This document shows, piece after piece, positions 1-14,493 of a DNA stretch of 64,000 bases; the stretch's first letter is position 1; every line of letters begins with the position of its first letter. The DNA is taken from assembly GCA_951406725.2 (NCBI GenBank), contig OX597816.1:139810001-139874000 (forward strand), given 5' to 3'. The translations under genes and the position numbers were made by a program. The notes under the pieces were generated by a model. The model made no database searches. It saw only the letters and a program-made list of their open reading frames with translations, and was not told where the DNA came from. This DNA comes from Octopus vulgaris (Eukaryota).

Positions 1-41
<41 letters not shown>

Positions 42-43
<2 letters not shown>

Positions 44-362
44 TTCTATAATAGGATAATTTTTTTTTCAAAAAACATTTCATCAAAGTGGCAGCGTATT
101 AAAATACCTTTAAAGGTGAAAATTATAAACAATTATAAATAAGCGCAAAAGAAAAAAAGATTTGTATGTCAATATGTATATTGTAATGTGGTGATTGACT
201 ATTTAAAGTCTATTCTCAGCATATTGGCATAGAATTTTTTTTTTCTTTTGCCCTTTTTTTATAATTGTTTATAATTTTCACCTTTAAATGTATTTTAATA
301 TGCTGCCACTTTAATGAAATTTTTTCTTTTGTTTTGAAAAAATTTATCCTATATTAGAAGTG
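42..362. repeat. Imperfect inverted repeat (~120-bp arms) between two (TA)n tracts
   Basis: 42-158 (acttctaata..aaagtggcagcgtattaaaatacctttaaaggtgaaaattataaacaattata) is the diverged reverse complement of 236-362; (TA)n on both sides. Confidence 0.8.
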
Positions 363-419
<57 letters not shown>

Positions 420-733
420 GCCGAGTTGGTCATTTCACAGTTTGTTAACTGCTCTTCTTAGACAAGTCTCCCGAAAATGATAACGTGCATCTGCATGTTT
501 GCGCCATCAATAAAGACCTCCACGAAGCAGAACAAACCGTTAACCAAGTCACCCTCAACTTTCACCTTACAGCCCTATGCATTTCAATATGCACCTGAGA
601 AGATATAATAGCCATGTCACCCGCACCTTTCATCTTACTGCCTAATGGATTTCAGTATGTACATGAGAAGACATAGCAGTCAGATCTCTTTCATTTCACA
701 TCCTATTAGCTTATGTTATGTTTGCATGTGTGC

Positions 734-783
<50 letters not shown>

Positions 784-1065
784 CACTGGCTTACCTGTAA
801 CTATGAGGATTTTTCAATCACGTCAGGGACAGAAGCCGAATGTGAAAAGTGAAGTGTGAAATCGATCTAACGCGCCGGTACATTTTGGTAACCCATCGCT
901 CCTTTCGATATACCTTTTAAATCATATTTGTCTGCCCTTTCACTGAATGGCATGTCAATTTTGGAGAATACTTTATTTATTTATTTTATTGTCCCCACTT
1001 CATATGGAGCTGGTCTGAATCAAGAATTAATGTTGCATGGTATTTGATTTCCTGTGTTTGTGTGT

Positions 1066-1310
1066 GTGGCTGTGTGGTAAGAAGCTTGCTTCCCAACCAT
1101 ATGGTTCCGGGTTCAGTCCCAATGTGTGACACCTTGGGCAAGTGTCCTCTGCTATAGCCTCAAGCTGGCCAAAGCGTTGTTAGTGGATTTGGTAGACGGA
1201 AACTGAGACGTCCGTCGTATGTGTCTGTGTGTGTATATGCAGTCTACCGGTATTGATGTGTTTACCTTAACTTGGCAGTTCGGCAAAAGATGTCGATAGA
1301 ATAAGTACCA
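1066..1310 (+). mobile_element. tRNA-derived CORE-type SINE, family A, partial
   Basis: A/B-box-like TGGCTGTGTGGT and GGTTCAGTCC plus caccttgggcaagt core; matches the full copy at 16424-16845. Confidence 0.8.
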
Positions 1311-1592
1311 AAAAAATATATCCCACTAGATATACTGAGATCTAGTCGGTGTACCAATGTACAGAAAGCCAGAACAACATGCCAAGGAAACCTCAATATA
1401 TCTAGTGAGATATATTTTTCTACACCAAGCACCTGACATGACACAGCCAGCCTGATTGATGCAACACAACCAGATGCACAATATCCTACCCCTATGGGAC
1501 AGATGCAGGATGGATCGAAACGATCGTCGTGCTGAATAAAGATTCGTACCAAATCTATCTTCCGTTTCTTTTATCAATTATATATATATATA

Positions 1593-1802
1593 TAGTTAAT
1601 CCAAACATGAAAGCACAAAAAAACACAACAACGCGAGGTCGTGGAACAAATATAGTATTATTGGACGCTCAGGAAAGAAAGAAAGAAGGAAAGAAGGAGG
1701 GTTTAACGTTTCGAGCGGAGCTCTTCGTCGGAAACATAGGAGAAGGAAAGATCCAGAGAAGGGAAGACAGAGGAAAAAAATCGCCAACGGTACTCACGCG
1801 GT

Positions 1803-1805
<3 letters not shown>
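1593..1805 (-). mobile_element. Penelope-type terminal (pLTR-like) fragment between (TA)n tracts
   Basis: Second copy in opposite orientation at 21065-21272; contains a hammerhead-like motif at 1701-1735. Confidence 0.65.
1701..1735 (-). ncRNA. Minimal hammerhead ribozyme variant (CCGACGA core)
   Basis: Minus strand GTTT-CCGACGA-A-GAGC-tcc-GCTC-GAAA-CG-TT-AAAC: stem I, stem II and palindromic AACGTT stem III. Confidence 0.6.
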
Positions 1806-1853
<48 letters not shown>

Positions 1854-1874
1854 TTTATATATATATCATTTAAT

Positions 1875-2985
1875 GTACGCAGTATAAAGATACGATCTAC
1901 TATTAGTTTCTTGTCTTGAAGACACGTCTCTAGGCAGGTTTTTTTATAATTCGCCTTGTGCTTTCAATCAATCTTCGGCCTCTGAGAACTTGAAAATGAG
2001 GACGCTGGTACCTGAAAAATCACGAGAAAAAATAACGTGAAATGTGGAAGAGCGAATAAAAACGAAAAAGAAAAAGAACACTTAGAGCTACGCCCTCTTT
2101 GACTAAAAACGATAATTAAACTACTTGTAGAATAATTCACTGGAAAGGGATTCAATTCTGCGAGACAGTTTCCCAATTTGGAGAGGTTGGTGTGCTTCAG
2201 TTTGCCAACGAATTGTGTCCATAGCTACGCATAAGTTGCATATCTCAGATCTTTTCACATACGGCATGAATTTATCTAAGATTCTCCACTTGATTGTATG
2301 TGGTATGCAGTTGGTTTTCAAACCTCATCCCATTTTACTTTTGTTGCTGTGCCAGAAAGAAGATAAGTGGTTTGCTTAACGTCTTGTGAAATTACCTTCG
2401 CATAAGCCGGTGTAATTTTTCTTTTCTGTTAGGTTATTTTCAAGCGTTGCTGTAACTTCTGCCTCATAGACAACGAAGTTTATCATACACGTCTGCTCAT
2501 ATGGGCAAGCTTCAGGATCTCGACACTTACAATTGGGAGTGGGTTCTTGGTAATGCTTACAAGTGATAATGTTCTTCGTATTGGGGTAGCAGCTTCATAA
2601 TTTGATCGAGCGTCTGTTAAAAATCTTCTGTTTATGGTTTACTGGGACATGATTATCTAAAAGAAACAGGAATTTCTTGCCTATGTTAGTTTTAACGTTT
2701 AGAGAGAAAGTACGTGAATGAACCGTATTTTCCAGATCTGTTTTAGGTCTACTTTTTATGATTCATATTTTTACTTGAAGGGTTATAACATATCTTTGAA
2801 GCCAATGTTAGATCGGGCTTTGTTATAGACTGTCTAATCAAATATTTCTTTAGAACAGTAGAGATCGGATATCCTGTTACTGATGTTATCTATCAGGTTT
2901 TTAAACACTATAGGAAGGTAACGGGACTGTTTATCTGCATAGGAGAGTTTCTCGTTCAGTTTATGGTACGGTTTGTAAGATCGAG
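1875..2985 (-). mobile_element. Degenerate Penelope-like retroelement (RT C-terminus plus GIY-YIG endonuclease)
   Basis: Minus-strand peptides YKPYHKLNEKLSY..RISDL, FSLNVKTNIGKKFL, NCKCRDPEACP..VVYEAEV..NYTGLCEGNF, IKWRILDK..ICNLC, with stops and frameshifts; 3' end abuts (TA)n. Confidence 0.8.
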
Positions 2986-3589
2986 AGATGTGTATGTGTG
3001 TGTGTGTAATTACACACACACACAAACACAAACATATACACACACAACTGGTGTCAGTTTGTTTACGTCATTTGTTGACTTCGAACGCGCCATGTCCCGT
3101 TAAACTACATTCTGTCAAGGACAGCTCGTATGGAAGTACTTTTATGCTTTAATGGAGACCATTTAGAAACCTTAAGGCAATATATATTATGACGCAAAAT
3201 TTAGCAATCTCAGAAAGAACATTTTAAAACTGGTCTTTTCTACGGCTACCAAGGTCTGAAGTGCAGTTTATTTTCAAGGATCTACAAATCATAAATATTT
3301 TTTTTTAGTTCACAGAATATTTAGCAACAGAAAAATTTGATCGTTCTTCATATTTTTTCCATATTTAATGATTTTTCTTTTTTTTTTTTTGTTTCTTCTG
3401 ACATACTAAGGGTATATTATATTACTTTTCAGGCTGTCATGGTTTACTATATTTACATGAACAGCTTAAATTAATTAAACAAATAAATAAATAGGTTGTC
3501 TCTCTCAGTGTCTGTCATGCGTCCTTAAACTCATGCCTCCAACTCATACTCCTGAGCCTGACAGCAATACATGGCAGGGTTAACTTTCT

Positions 3590-3740
3590 AGTTATTGCTG
3601 AAACTCATTTACAGCTGAATGAACTGGAGCAACGTGAAATGATGTTTTGCTGAAGAACATAATGCACAGTTAAACCTAAGAATCAAAACCACGATGGTAA
3701 AATAGTAGGCTCAACACCCTAACCACTAAGCCAAGCGCCT
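3590..3740 (-). mobile_element. SINE family C fragment
   Basis: gaactggagcaacgtgaaatga..ccctaaccactaagcca shared with 48440-48686. Confidence 0.65.
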
Positions 3741-4099
3741 TTACACTAGGTCACCTCTCCTTGCTCCTAAGTATCTTTTTGAGGACTGTTATTTTAAGTT
3801 TTCTCTTTGTGTCTTAAACCACCACCTCTCTGGATATAGAAATAAGAATATCCTATTTTTAGGAAATCTACTTCACGATATTGGGTTCGGAATACAGTGA
3901 ATACTTCTCTAGCTTGATTCAATTCACTTAATATCCAGTCAAATATTCCTATCTAATCTCTTAAATCCACTTAATTTGAAACTGTATCTTATGATTACGG
4001 TCGCCATCATCTATCGGCTACAATTCGCACTTGATTTTAATGCAGTCAAGTGTAGTAAATTATTTTTGGCATTCAGTTTCATATTAGTCTGAATCTTAA

Positions 4100-4495
4100 G
4101 GCGGCGAGCTGGCAGAAACGTTAGCATGCCGGGCGAAATGCTGAGCAGTATTTCGTCTGCCGTTACGTTCTGAGTTCAAATTCCGCCGAGGTCGACTTTG
4201 CCTTTCATCCTTTCGGGGTCGATAAATTAAGTACCAGTTACGCACTGGGGTCGATGCAATCGACTTAATCCGTTTATCTGTCCTTGTTTGTCCCCTCTGT
4301 GTTTAGCTCCTTGTGGGTAGTAAAGAAATAGGTATTTCGTCTGTGTTTACGTTCTGAGTTCAAATACCGCCGAGGTCGACTTTGCCTTTCATCCTTTCGG
4401 AGTCGATTAAATAAGTAACAGTTGCGTACTTGGGATCGATCTAATTGACTGCCCCCTCCCCCAAAATTTCGGGCCTTGTGCCTAAAGTAGAAAAG
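4100..4495 (+). mobile_element. tRNA-derived SINE family B (Meta-like central domain), internally duplicated, 17-bp TSD
   Basis: ggcggcgagctggcagaa head, GAGTTCAAATTCC B box, gcctttcatcctttcggggtcgat twice; ATTAGTCTGAATCTTAA at 4083-4099 and 4496-4512. Confidence 0.85.
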
Positions 4496-4659
4496 ATTAG
4501 TCTGAATCTTAATCAACTATCGTCGATTAAATTAACTGTGAAGTAGTGGACTGGTACGCATTTTATCCACTCCTGGAAAGATGAAACGTAAAGCTGAACT
4601 TGGAGTGACCAAATACTCAAAGGAAGCTCATGTGACTTTGTTAACCATTGCTATAATAA

Positions 4660-5222
4660 CCCTTTCAGCTATAGGCACAAAGCCTGAAATTTGGGGAGAA
4701 GCGGCTAGTCGGTAACATCGATACCAGTGCGTAAGTGGTACTTATTTCATCGACCCCGAAAGGATGAAATGCAAAGTCGACCTCGGCGGAATTTGAACTC
4801 AGAACGCAAGGACGGACGAAATACCGCGAAGCTTTTTATCCGGCATGCTAACGATTCTGCCTGCTCGCCGCCCTATAATAACAATTGTTTCAAATATTGG
4901 CACACGGCCAGTAATTTTGGGGGATTGGAGCTTAGACGATGAACTGAACTCAATATTTGACAGGTACTTTATTTCATCGATCTCGAGAAGATGGGAGGCA
5001 ACGAACAATACTTCCTAATATAGGCACAAAACCTGAAATTTGGCGGGAGGGGAACAGCTGATTAGATCAATCCCAATGTGCAACTGGTACTTAAGTTATC
5101 GAACCCGATGGGATGAAGAGCAAAAGTCGACCTCAGCGGAATTTGAACTCAGTGCGTAATGACGGGCGAAATACCGCTAAGCATGTCGTCCAGCATGCTA
5201 ACAATTCTGCCAGCTCGCTACC
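4660..5222 (-). mobile_element. Cluster of three SINE B copies or fragments
   Basis: Repeated aggcacaa..aaagtcgacctcggcggaatttgaactcag..tgccagctcg, the reverse complement of family B. Confidence 0.75.
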
Positions 5223-5263
5223 TCACAATAATAATAACAACAACAACAACAACAATAATATTA

Positions 5264-5710
5264 ATATGCCCTGATACAATGCCTTCCGATCTTAACAGAT
5301 TGGAAGTGTTATCATGTACATGTTTTGTCTTGGTATAAAAGATGAGTTACAGCAAATATTCTGCTCAATACCACAGATTTGCTTGTCAGTTGTTTGACCG
5401 ATATGTGCATTTCTAATCACAAGCTGAAGTAGTGGGGAAGCATCTTCACCATGTATTGAGAGGAATTCTTTGGAGTTTGAATAATTCATCCTTGGAAACA
5501 TAGGTGTTTCGTTCAACATCCTTAAACAACCCTTATTCAGGGACTTTTTGAGCGGGATGGGCTAGTCGACCTGAGTCGATATGAGCTCACCATGCCGCGT
5601 ACATATGGCTGCGGTGCATGTGCTTGGTATACCCTTATGAGATGGGTAGTCATGGTGGGTATGTTTTACCTCAGTGTTACTTTGATGGCATGCACTGCTC
5701 TTTCACTCAG
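5264..5710 (+). mobile_element. Non-coding (TAA)n-associated element, internally deleted copy
   Basis: Homologous to 6883-7440; flanked by AAC/TAA and TAA/TGA repeats. Confidence 0.75.
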
Positions 5711-5750
5711 TAATAATAATGATGATGACAATGATGATGTTGATAATGTA

Positions 5751-5782
<32 letters not shown>

Positions 5783-6021
5783 GGAGGAGGAGGAGGAGGA
5801 GGAGGAGGAGGAAGAGGATGGGGAAGAGGATATCTATTATAGGCACAAGGCCTGAAATGTTATGGAGGGGTTTGGTCGATTTTATCAACCACAATGCTAG
5901 TCTGATATTTTTTTCTTCAACCCCAAAAGGACAAAAGGCAAAGTCGACCTCGGCGCGCTATCTGAATCTGAGACATAAAGACGGACGAAAAACTGCTAAA
6001 GCTAGGTTTTGAACATACTAA

Positions 6022-6396
6022 TAAATGGTATGAATATGAACCTAGAAAAGTACAAGAAAGTAAGAAATACAAGATGTTGTGGGACTTTAACATTCAGATT
6101 GATAGAGTAATAGAAGCTAGAAGGCCTGATTTAGTAATAGTAGATAAAGAGAAAAGTGCCTGATAATTGACCTTAGAGTCCCAAATGATGGGGGGAAAAT
6201 CAATATGATTGAATTACAGAGGCTAAGGTAAGTGCGGGTAAAATGTATCCCGGTAGTTATAGGTGCATTGGGAACTATCCCTAAAGATCTGAACAGATAG
6301 ATAAGGGAAGTAGGCATAAAATCCAGTGTAGTACAGCTCCAGAAAACAGTGTTATTAGGGACAGCTAAGTTACTTAAAAGGGTTTTTAGCATCTAA
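6022..6396 (+). mobile_element. R4/Dong-clade non-LTR retrotransposon 3' fragment (restriction-like endonuclease region)
   Basis: KWYEYEP..MLWDFNIQIDRVIEARRPDLVIVDKE..IPVVIGALGTIPKDL..LQKTVLLGTAKLLKRV, with stops and frameshifts. Confidence 0.8.
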
Positions 6397-6467
6397 GGTT
6401 ACTTATAGCCCAATTTTAGGATCTTTTTCTTTTCCAACAGTCTAATCTGTTGTCTGTTGTGCGCATA

Positions 6468-6830
<363 letters not shown>

Positions 6831-6840
6831 AATGATGATG

Positions 6841-6882
<42 letters not shown>

Positions 6883-6885
<3 letters not shown>

Positions 6886-7439
6886 GCCCTGATGCAGTAC
6901 CAGGCAGTGGCTCTCATGGCTTCTGATCTTAACTGATTGGAAGTGTTATCATGTACATTGTTTTGTTTTGGTATAAAAGATGGGCTACAGCAAATATTCT
7001 GCTCAATACCACAGATTTGCTTGTCTGTTGTTTGACCATAACCAGTTGAGCATGTCCCTTAGTGGCTGACGATATGTGCATCTCTGATCACGAGCAGAAG
7101 TAGTCGGGGAGCATCATAGCCATGTGTAGAGAGGGATTCTTTGGAGTTTGAATAATTCACCTCTGGAAACATGGGTGGTTCTTTCAACATCCTTAAACAA
7201 CCCTTATTCAGGGACCTTTTGAGCGGGATGGGCTACTCAACCTGAAGAAAATTCTAACTGGGCCCCACCTGCAAGGTCATGTGCTGTTTATCTTGATATA
7301 AGATCACCATGTCGCGCACATATGGTTGTGATGCATGTGCCTGGTGTACCCTTATCAGACGGGTAGTCATGATGGGTATATTGGGCTTCGTATATTTTAC
7401 CCCAGTGTCACTTTGATGGCATGCACTGCTCTCTCACTC

Positions 7440-7440
<1 letters not shown>
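6883..7440 (+). mobile_element. Longest copy (~560 bp) of the (TAA)n-associated non-coding element
   Basis: Starts aatgccctgatgcagtacc, ends ctctctcactc, (TAA)n on both sides; three copies within 2.2 kb. Confidence 0.75.
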
Positions 7441-7485
<45 letters not shown>

Positions 7486-8759
7486 GCAACAGCAATGACA
7501 GCAGCAGCAACATCAACGACAGCAGCAACAACATCAACGACAGCAACAACATCAACAACACCCACAACAGCAACAAGTACAGCAGCAGAAGTATAACATA
7601 AATCAATTAAGTAGTTTACTTTAGGTGGTAAAACGGACAAAGTAAAATAAAGTCAAAAGGTATTTTATTTCTTTTTATTCGACATTTCATCTACAAAAGA
7701 CCCTCGGCATAGATTCAATATCAAAGGGAGATGCACTGTGATAAGAAAACAATACAACATAGGAAAGAAAGAAAAGCCGTCATGACAAACGTTCGGTTAT
7801 AAACACCAAGTTCAAGTCAACGAATGAAGGTCAAACATCTCACAGCGGTTGTTAAAGGAAGATCACGGACAGGACCAAGGCTGCTGACAGAGGTATCGGC
7901 AACTGAATAATTATTAAGGAGTTAGCGGCAGACTCTATCAAACCAACCAGGGTATCTTAACATGGTCACTCGATCAGCTGAAAATAATTGCCACGTTTCT
8001 TTCAAATTTCACTCTACCGCCTCAAAGAGAGAGAGAGAGAAAAAAGGAAGAAGACATCTTATAAATGGAATGTTGTCGACGATATTTTTAAAATATTTCC
8101 CACCGTCACAAGTTTTTCAAATTTTTTACGCTGATGTAGATTTTCATACTAATGACATGAATCATATGTATTTTCTCTAGAAAGTTACAAGCCTCTAATG
8201 TTTGAAATTTTAGCTAATCGGCAACCTCCATTGCCGACATACCAGAAGTCGCAATTGTCTGTTTTCATGAGAAGAGAATTAACATAATTGACTATTATCA
8301 TCATAACCACAACAGTAATTAGAATGATCGTAGGTTAATATAGCACTAGACATACCCTTTCCTACGGACGGATTATGCTGAGTTGAAACATATTGGGTTG
8401 TAAATTTGCTCAGTCGGAAGTAACCTAGTGTTAATCAACAACGACGGCGTGGAGGAAGAGGAGGTGGACGGTTACTGAAGTCTACGGCGTTCAAAACAAC
8501 ACATCCAAGTCAAGCTGGTTATGTTGATTAAATGCCTACACATGCGCGCACACACACTAACAAACAGAATCAAAATCCTATAGCTGGTTCCACATGGTCC
8601 ATTGAATTTCAGGATTCTGCCTGATGTGGTGCTTCAATCGATCACAAATAAGAAAAACATATATCAAAAATATATTCTGAAAATGCGTGTATACATGCAT
8701 ACCTAATACATACATACATACATACATACATACATACATACATACATACATACATACAT

Positions 8760-8905
8760 GGCAGTGTGATAAGAAAATGGCCTCCCTAACACATGGTTCC
8801 GGGTTCAATCCCACAGCGTGGCACGTTGGACATATGGCTTCTACTATATCCTCGGGCCGACCAAAGCCTTGTGAGTGGATTTGGTCGGCGGAAACTGGAA
8901 GAAGA

Positions 8906-8966
<61 letters not shown>

Positions 8967-9222
8967 CGTGTGTGTGTGTGTATCTGTGTGCATCTGTGTG
9001 TCTTTGTGTCTGTGTTTGTCCCTCTATCACCGCTTGACAACTGGTGTTGGTGTCTTTACGTCCCCATAACCTAGCAGTGTGTCAAAAGGTCCGATAGAAT
9101 GAATACTAGGCTTAAAAAAATAAGCCCTGGCGTTGATTTGTTCGACTAAAACCCTTCAAGGTGTTGCTCCAGCATGGCCGCAGTCAAATGATTAAAACAA
9201 TTAAAAGAATAAAAGAATAAAG
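8760..9222 (+). mobile_element. SINE family A
   Basis: Head, core, internal (TG)n and tgctccagcatggccgcagtcaaatga tail. Confidence 0.85.
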
Positions 9223-9224
9223 GA

Positions 9225-9290
<66 letters not shown>

Positions 9291-9596
9291 TCATGTGAAG
9301 TTATGTATGGAATCAATTTAACATTAAATTGGAATACTCCATACTTCTCGGTAAAGAATATATTTATAAAGTTTTACAAGGCAAAGGTTGATAGTGATTT
9401 CGAAGTTTCAGCTTGATAGCCGTCATCAGTCTGTGATTAATTTCGTCTGCCTGGCTTTAAATGTGTAGGTGATGTGCATACGTATGCGTGTGTATGTATG
9501 TATGTATGTATGTATGTATGTATGTGTGTGTGTGTGTATGTAAGCATGTTTGTATGTATATATTTGTATGTATGCATGTATGTTTATATGTATGTA

Positions 9597-9885
9597 TGAA
9601 AAACGAACCTCCACCAACTATTTTGCCTATATGTCTGAGCATACCTTTCAATGTCGTGTATGCCAGAAAGTCTGCAATTCTAACAGAGGCCTCAAAAGAC
9701 ATTTTAAGAGGCACAAAAATCAGAACTTATCTACAGCTCTAGGTGGTCCAGATCGGATATGCAATCTATGTGGGTGTCTTTTCAAAACGTCTGGTTTTAA
9801 AAGCCACATCAGACGCCATGATAGATCTAAGGTGTAGATACAGGAGGTGATCAGACTCTCCATAAGGAATAGACAATCACCATGT
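9597..9885 (+). mobile_element. Probable RTE/BovB-like LINE 3' end encoding two C2H2-like zinc fingers
   Basis: FQCRVCQKVCNSNRGLKRHFKRH..ICNLCGCLFKTSGFKSHIRRH then stop at 9837; no TGEKP linker; short 3' UTR with ggtgat/atcacc stem and a microsatellite tail. Confidence 0.55.
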
Positions 9886-11731
9886 ATATATATGTATGTA
9901 TGCATGTATGTATGTATGTATGCATGCATGCATGTAAGCATATTTGGATGGATGGATGGATGGATAGATGGATGGATGGAGAGGGTGAAAGGAAGGGCGG
10001 CAGAAAACAGGATGGAAAATCAAGAAAAGGACTTAGTACAATGAAGTAGGATAATATAACAAAAATTATATTAAACTAATTGTGACTCCAAGTTAGATAT
10101 TTTACCAATTTTCGAAGCGATGAAATATGCAAATGAAATGCTCCTATATTTTTATATGAAATAGAAATACCGTTGAATATGTACTTTAACCATAGAAACC
10201 GTTTTTCCTTTAGTTAGAGCAGGTCACAAATTTATATAATACTGACTGACGTTGATTTTAGATGTTGGTTTGTTTGGAGCATGATATTAGACTGTTCGAC
10301 GTTCAAGCATTAGACATTTAAAATTATCACAGCAAACATTTTGGTTTATGGTGTCAAAAAATTGATATTAACACCGAGCAAGTGTTTAAGATGGAATCCC
10401 CGCAAAACAATATATTAATTTCTGCACTAGTTCAAAGATTACCGCCTGATTAAACGTGGCATGTTTTAATACCTCCCAGGTAATTTTATAATGTTTTTAC
10501 CTTGTTATTATTTTTAAAGACCAAATATGCTTCAACAAACTCGTCTCTAAATATCTTTTAGGATCTGAAAATATGCTGATGTCAACTGAAAATTAACTTA
10601 AGCGAATTTCCGTTCAGCTTGATGTAATCTTTAAAATTTGAATTATTAGTTGCAAATACTTTCGATATTGATAGTTTATTGTGCAAATACTTTACACAAT
10701 AAACTATCGATTTTAAAAGTCATAAATTATTTAATGGCCTATTTACAGGGTTGAAACAATTAAGCGAACAGGAAAAAGTGGATACAGAGAGATGCATTTA
10801 GATTTTTTTTTTCATTATCAACATTTGTTCTTTCTACAGCAAAAATTATTCATACAGCTGAAAGTAAAGTTTAACATTATTTCTATTAAAAATCTTTTGG
10901 TAATTATAATTTTTCGAAAAATATTTATCTAATAAAAAATATTTATTTGCTTTAAGACTGAATGCCACATTAAACGAAATAATTCTAGGATTTTGTTGTT
11001 TTTTTCCCCTGTCTGAAAATACATATTGATTCTTACAGAGATGTATGTCCTCAAATATAGAGGAAATAAATAATCAATTATATCGACCACAGTAATTGAT
11101 TGATAGTTTATTTCATCGCTCCCAGAAGGATGGAAAGCAACATTAATATCAGCGGGATTCGAAAACAGCAGGCAAAGGGCGGAAACAAATACCGCAAGAG
11201 TTCTACCGACGTCCTAACGATTCTAGCAACACACTAATATCGTCTGAGAAACAATAATGCTATCTTTTTTACTTAATTAATTTTGTCCTTACAAAAACGG
11301 TATTTTAATACTTTATAATAATAAGAGGCTGCATTGTAAAAGCAATATACATCAGATGGATAGACTTACACTAATGTTGTTTACTAAGTTATTAACGACA
11401 GGAGGGTAATTTGAAGCGATAATTATTTACGGTAGATTTACATTTGCCTCCATAAATGACAAGCGTGTATGTGTGTGTGCGTTTCTAAATTATATTGCTT
11501 CATAAAAAATGCCCCATACAAATTCTATATTAAATACTAGTTCAGAGTTAATGTCTTTTTTGTCACCATAAATCAAAATATTAGCTGAGATACTTTGAAA
11601 TGTTAAACAGTGGACCGTCGGAGAGTTTCATATCACTTTGTTACATATTCCAAACAAACACAATTTACTTTTTTTCAGAAATGTGCATTTCACCTTTAAT
11701 ATTTTTCACTTCACAAATCGAAAATTTTATA

Positions 11732-11953
11732 CAGTAATCTCGGGCCATATCGCGGTTCACTTATCGCGGTTTATCATTTAAGCTTCGTCAATTCTTCTGT
11801 GGTGTTGTTTTGCATTATTTATAATAAAATAAATATATATACAAATTATAGAAATAATAAAATATACAGTACGGTACTGTTTGTACTTCGCAGATTTTCA
11901 CCTATCACGGGTGGTTTTGGAACGTAACATCCGCGATAATCGAGGAATTACCG
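11732..11953. mobile_element. pogo/Tigger-like MITE
   Basis: TA-CAGTAATC..TATCGCGG and CCGCGATAATCGAGGAATTACCG-TA imperfect TIRs with TA flanks. Confidence 0.65.
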
Positions 11954-12022
11954 TATAGAAATATTTCAAAATGACTAGTGAATGAACACCTACCATGCTT
12001 GTGCTAATACGTGCGATTTGCC

Positions 12023-12252
12023 AAGGCGAGCTGGGAGAAACGTTTGCGCGCCGGGCGAAATGTTTAGCGGTATATCGCCTGCCGCTACGTTCTGAGTTCA
12101 AATTCCGCCGTGGTCGACTTTGCCTTTCATCGTTTCGGGGTCGATAAATAAAGTACCAGTTTCGCACTGATGTCAATGTAATTTACTTAATCCCTTTGTC
12201 TATACTTGTTCGTCCCCTCTATGTTTAGCCCCTTGTGGGTAGTAAAGAAATG
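12023..12252 (+). mobile_element. SINE family B with 17-bp TSD
   Basis: AATACGTGCGATTTGCC at 12006-12022 and 12253-12269. Confidence 0.85.
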
Positions 12253-12436
12253 AATACGTGCGATTTGCCCGACCTATAGGCTTTTTTTTCTCAACATCTA
12301 TATTCAAAACAGTTTTAATTTTACTCTTTAATTTTACATATAAAAATACAAGATTCTCAAGTTAATTTTTTATTAATTGGAAAGTGAGTTTCAGCTTTAT
12401 ACACACACACATATCTTTTATTTTTAACTTGTTTCA

Positions 12437-12471
<35 letters not shown>

Positions 12472-12507
12472 TAAAAAGGAACACATGAGTTGATATGTAT
12501 AAGGAAA

Positions 12508-12687
12508 ATAAGACAAGGTAAGAAAATGCTAAAATGAATTTATCTTGAAGAACATTTTAGTACCGGTTCCAGACTTTACATTTTCAACTTAGAGTAAAAT
12601 TCTAAGTTCAAAAAGTCGCAAAGACTGAAACCGGTACTAAAATGTTCTTCACGATAAATATTTTTAGAATTTTCTACCTTGTCTTAT
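12508..12687. repeat. Inverted repeat with hammerhead 3' half (GAAACCGGTA) on divergent arms
   Basis: tttatcttgaagaacattttagtaccggtt mirrors aaccggtactaaaatgttcttcacgataaa; left side runs into (TA)n. Confidence 0.65.
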
Positions 12688-12706
12688 ATGTATGCATGTA
12701 TGTATT

Positions 12707-12719
12707 GATAGATAGATAT

Positions 12720-12791
<72 letters not shown>

Positions 12792-12807
12792 AGAGAGAGA
12801 GAGAGAA

Positions 12808-12878
<71 letters not shown>
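12707..12878 (+). repeat. (TAGA)n microsatellite
   Basis: Seen directly. Confidence 0.95.
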
Positions 12879-13213
12879 CATGGATGGATACACACACATA
12901 TATATTATAGATACTCATAAATAAATGCGTGTATATATATACACAGATATATGTATATACAGATATGTATAGATGTATATATGTGTATACATATATATAT
13001 ATATTTGTGTGTACACGTATGTATTCTATGTATGTATATAAGTATGTATAAATATATACATGATGCATATACGTAAACATATCTTTAGATACGTAATTCA
13101 CAGATGTTTCTCTTCAGTGTTTTACAGAAGTTTGAATTTCTTACACGTTTCATCAAGAATATGACGTGGGAGTATGTATAAGTGCGTGTGTATGTGTATC
13201 TGCGTTAGTGCGC

Positions 13214-13246
<33 letters not shown>

Positions 13247-13317
13247 ATTGTGTGTGCACGCATGTGTTTATTTCTATACATGTATGCATGAATATATATA
13301 TATATTTTTTTTCAATG

Positions 13318-13358
<41 letters not shown>

Positions 13359-13779
13359 ACCATATATTTCTGCGTGAGTGTATGATACAAAGAGAGCGTG
13401 TAGGAGTGTACGCGTGCGCGAGTGTGTACATATGCACATATGGATGTGTGTGTGTGTGTGTGTGTGTGTGTTTGTGTGTGCGTGAATACTAATATACGTA
13501 TGCCTAGTTTTGATACATTCATAAAGACAGATTACATACGCATATGCAGACAAGGACGCAGTCATTAAAACACAAAACGAAAAGACACATCAATATTCAT
13601 TTGGTCGTAAATATTCAGTTCAAATCAGCCGTAAATATACACTTCAATCCACTCCATAAATATCAGGAATCCTATTAAATTATTTAATTTGTATACTCAC
13701 GGATTTTCCATTTGACAAAGCGTTTCCCATGATAAGTATCTAAACAACACATACATATATACATAAACAAATATACACA

Positions 13780-13876
<97 letters not shown>

Positions 13877-13962
13877 ATATATGTTCATATATATGTGTGT
13901 GTGAGTATATAAGAACATGTATATATTGTATATAAGCAAATATATTTTATATATATATATAT

Positions 13963-14011
<49 letters not shown>

Positions 14012-14077
14012 CATACAGACAGATAGACATACGGACAGATAGACTAACATATATGTATACATACATACATACATATA

Positions 14078-14143
<66 letters not shown>

Positions 14144-14453
14144 CATACATACATACATACATTCATACATACATACATACATACATACATACATACATAC
14201 ATACATACATACATACATACATGCATACGCGCAAATACACACAATGCGTGCTTTAGTTGCATAGGTATGTGTATCTCGAGATATATGCCGTAGTGATAGA
14301 TATATAATATATTGAATATTCTAAGTGGCTCACCTACCTAACACTGTTCTTCTTTCAAAATTTGATTCCTAAACATATCAGTATGAGCGTGAATGGTTGC
14401 GCTGTTATGCTAACATGTTGAGATACTTGTGGGTGCGTGTGCGTGTGTGTGTG

Positions 14454-14493
<40 letters not shown>

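Noticed and set aside
5592-6012. Poly-Asp/Glu or poly-Met/Arg ORFs
   Set aside because: (GAT)n and (GAG)n microsatellites at a repeat junction
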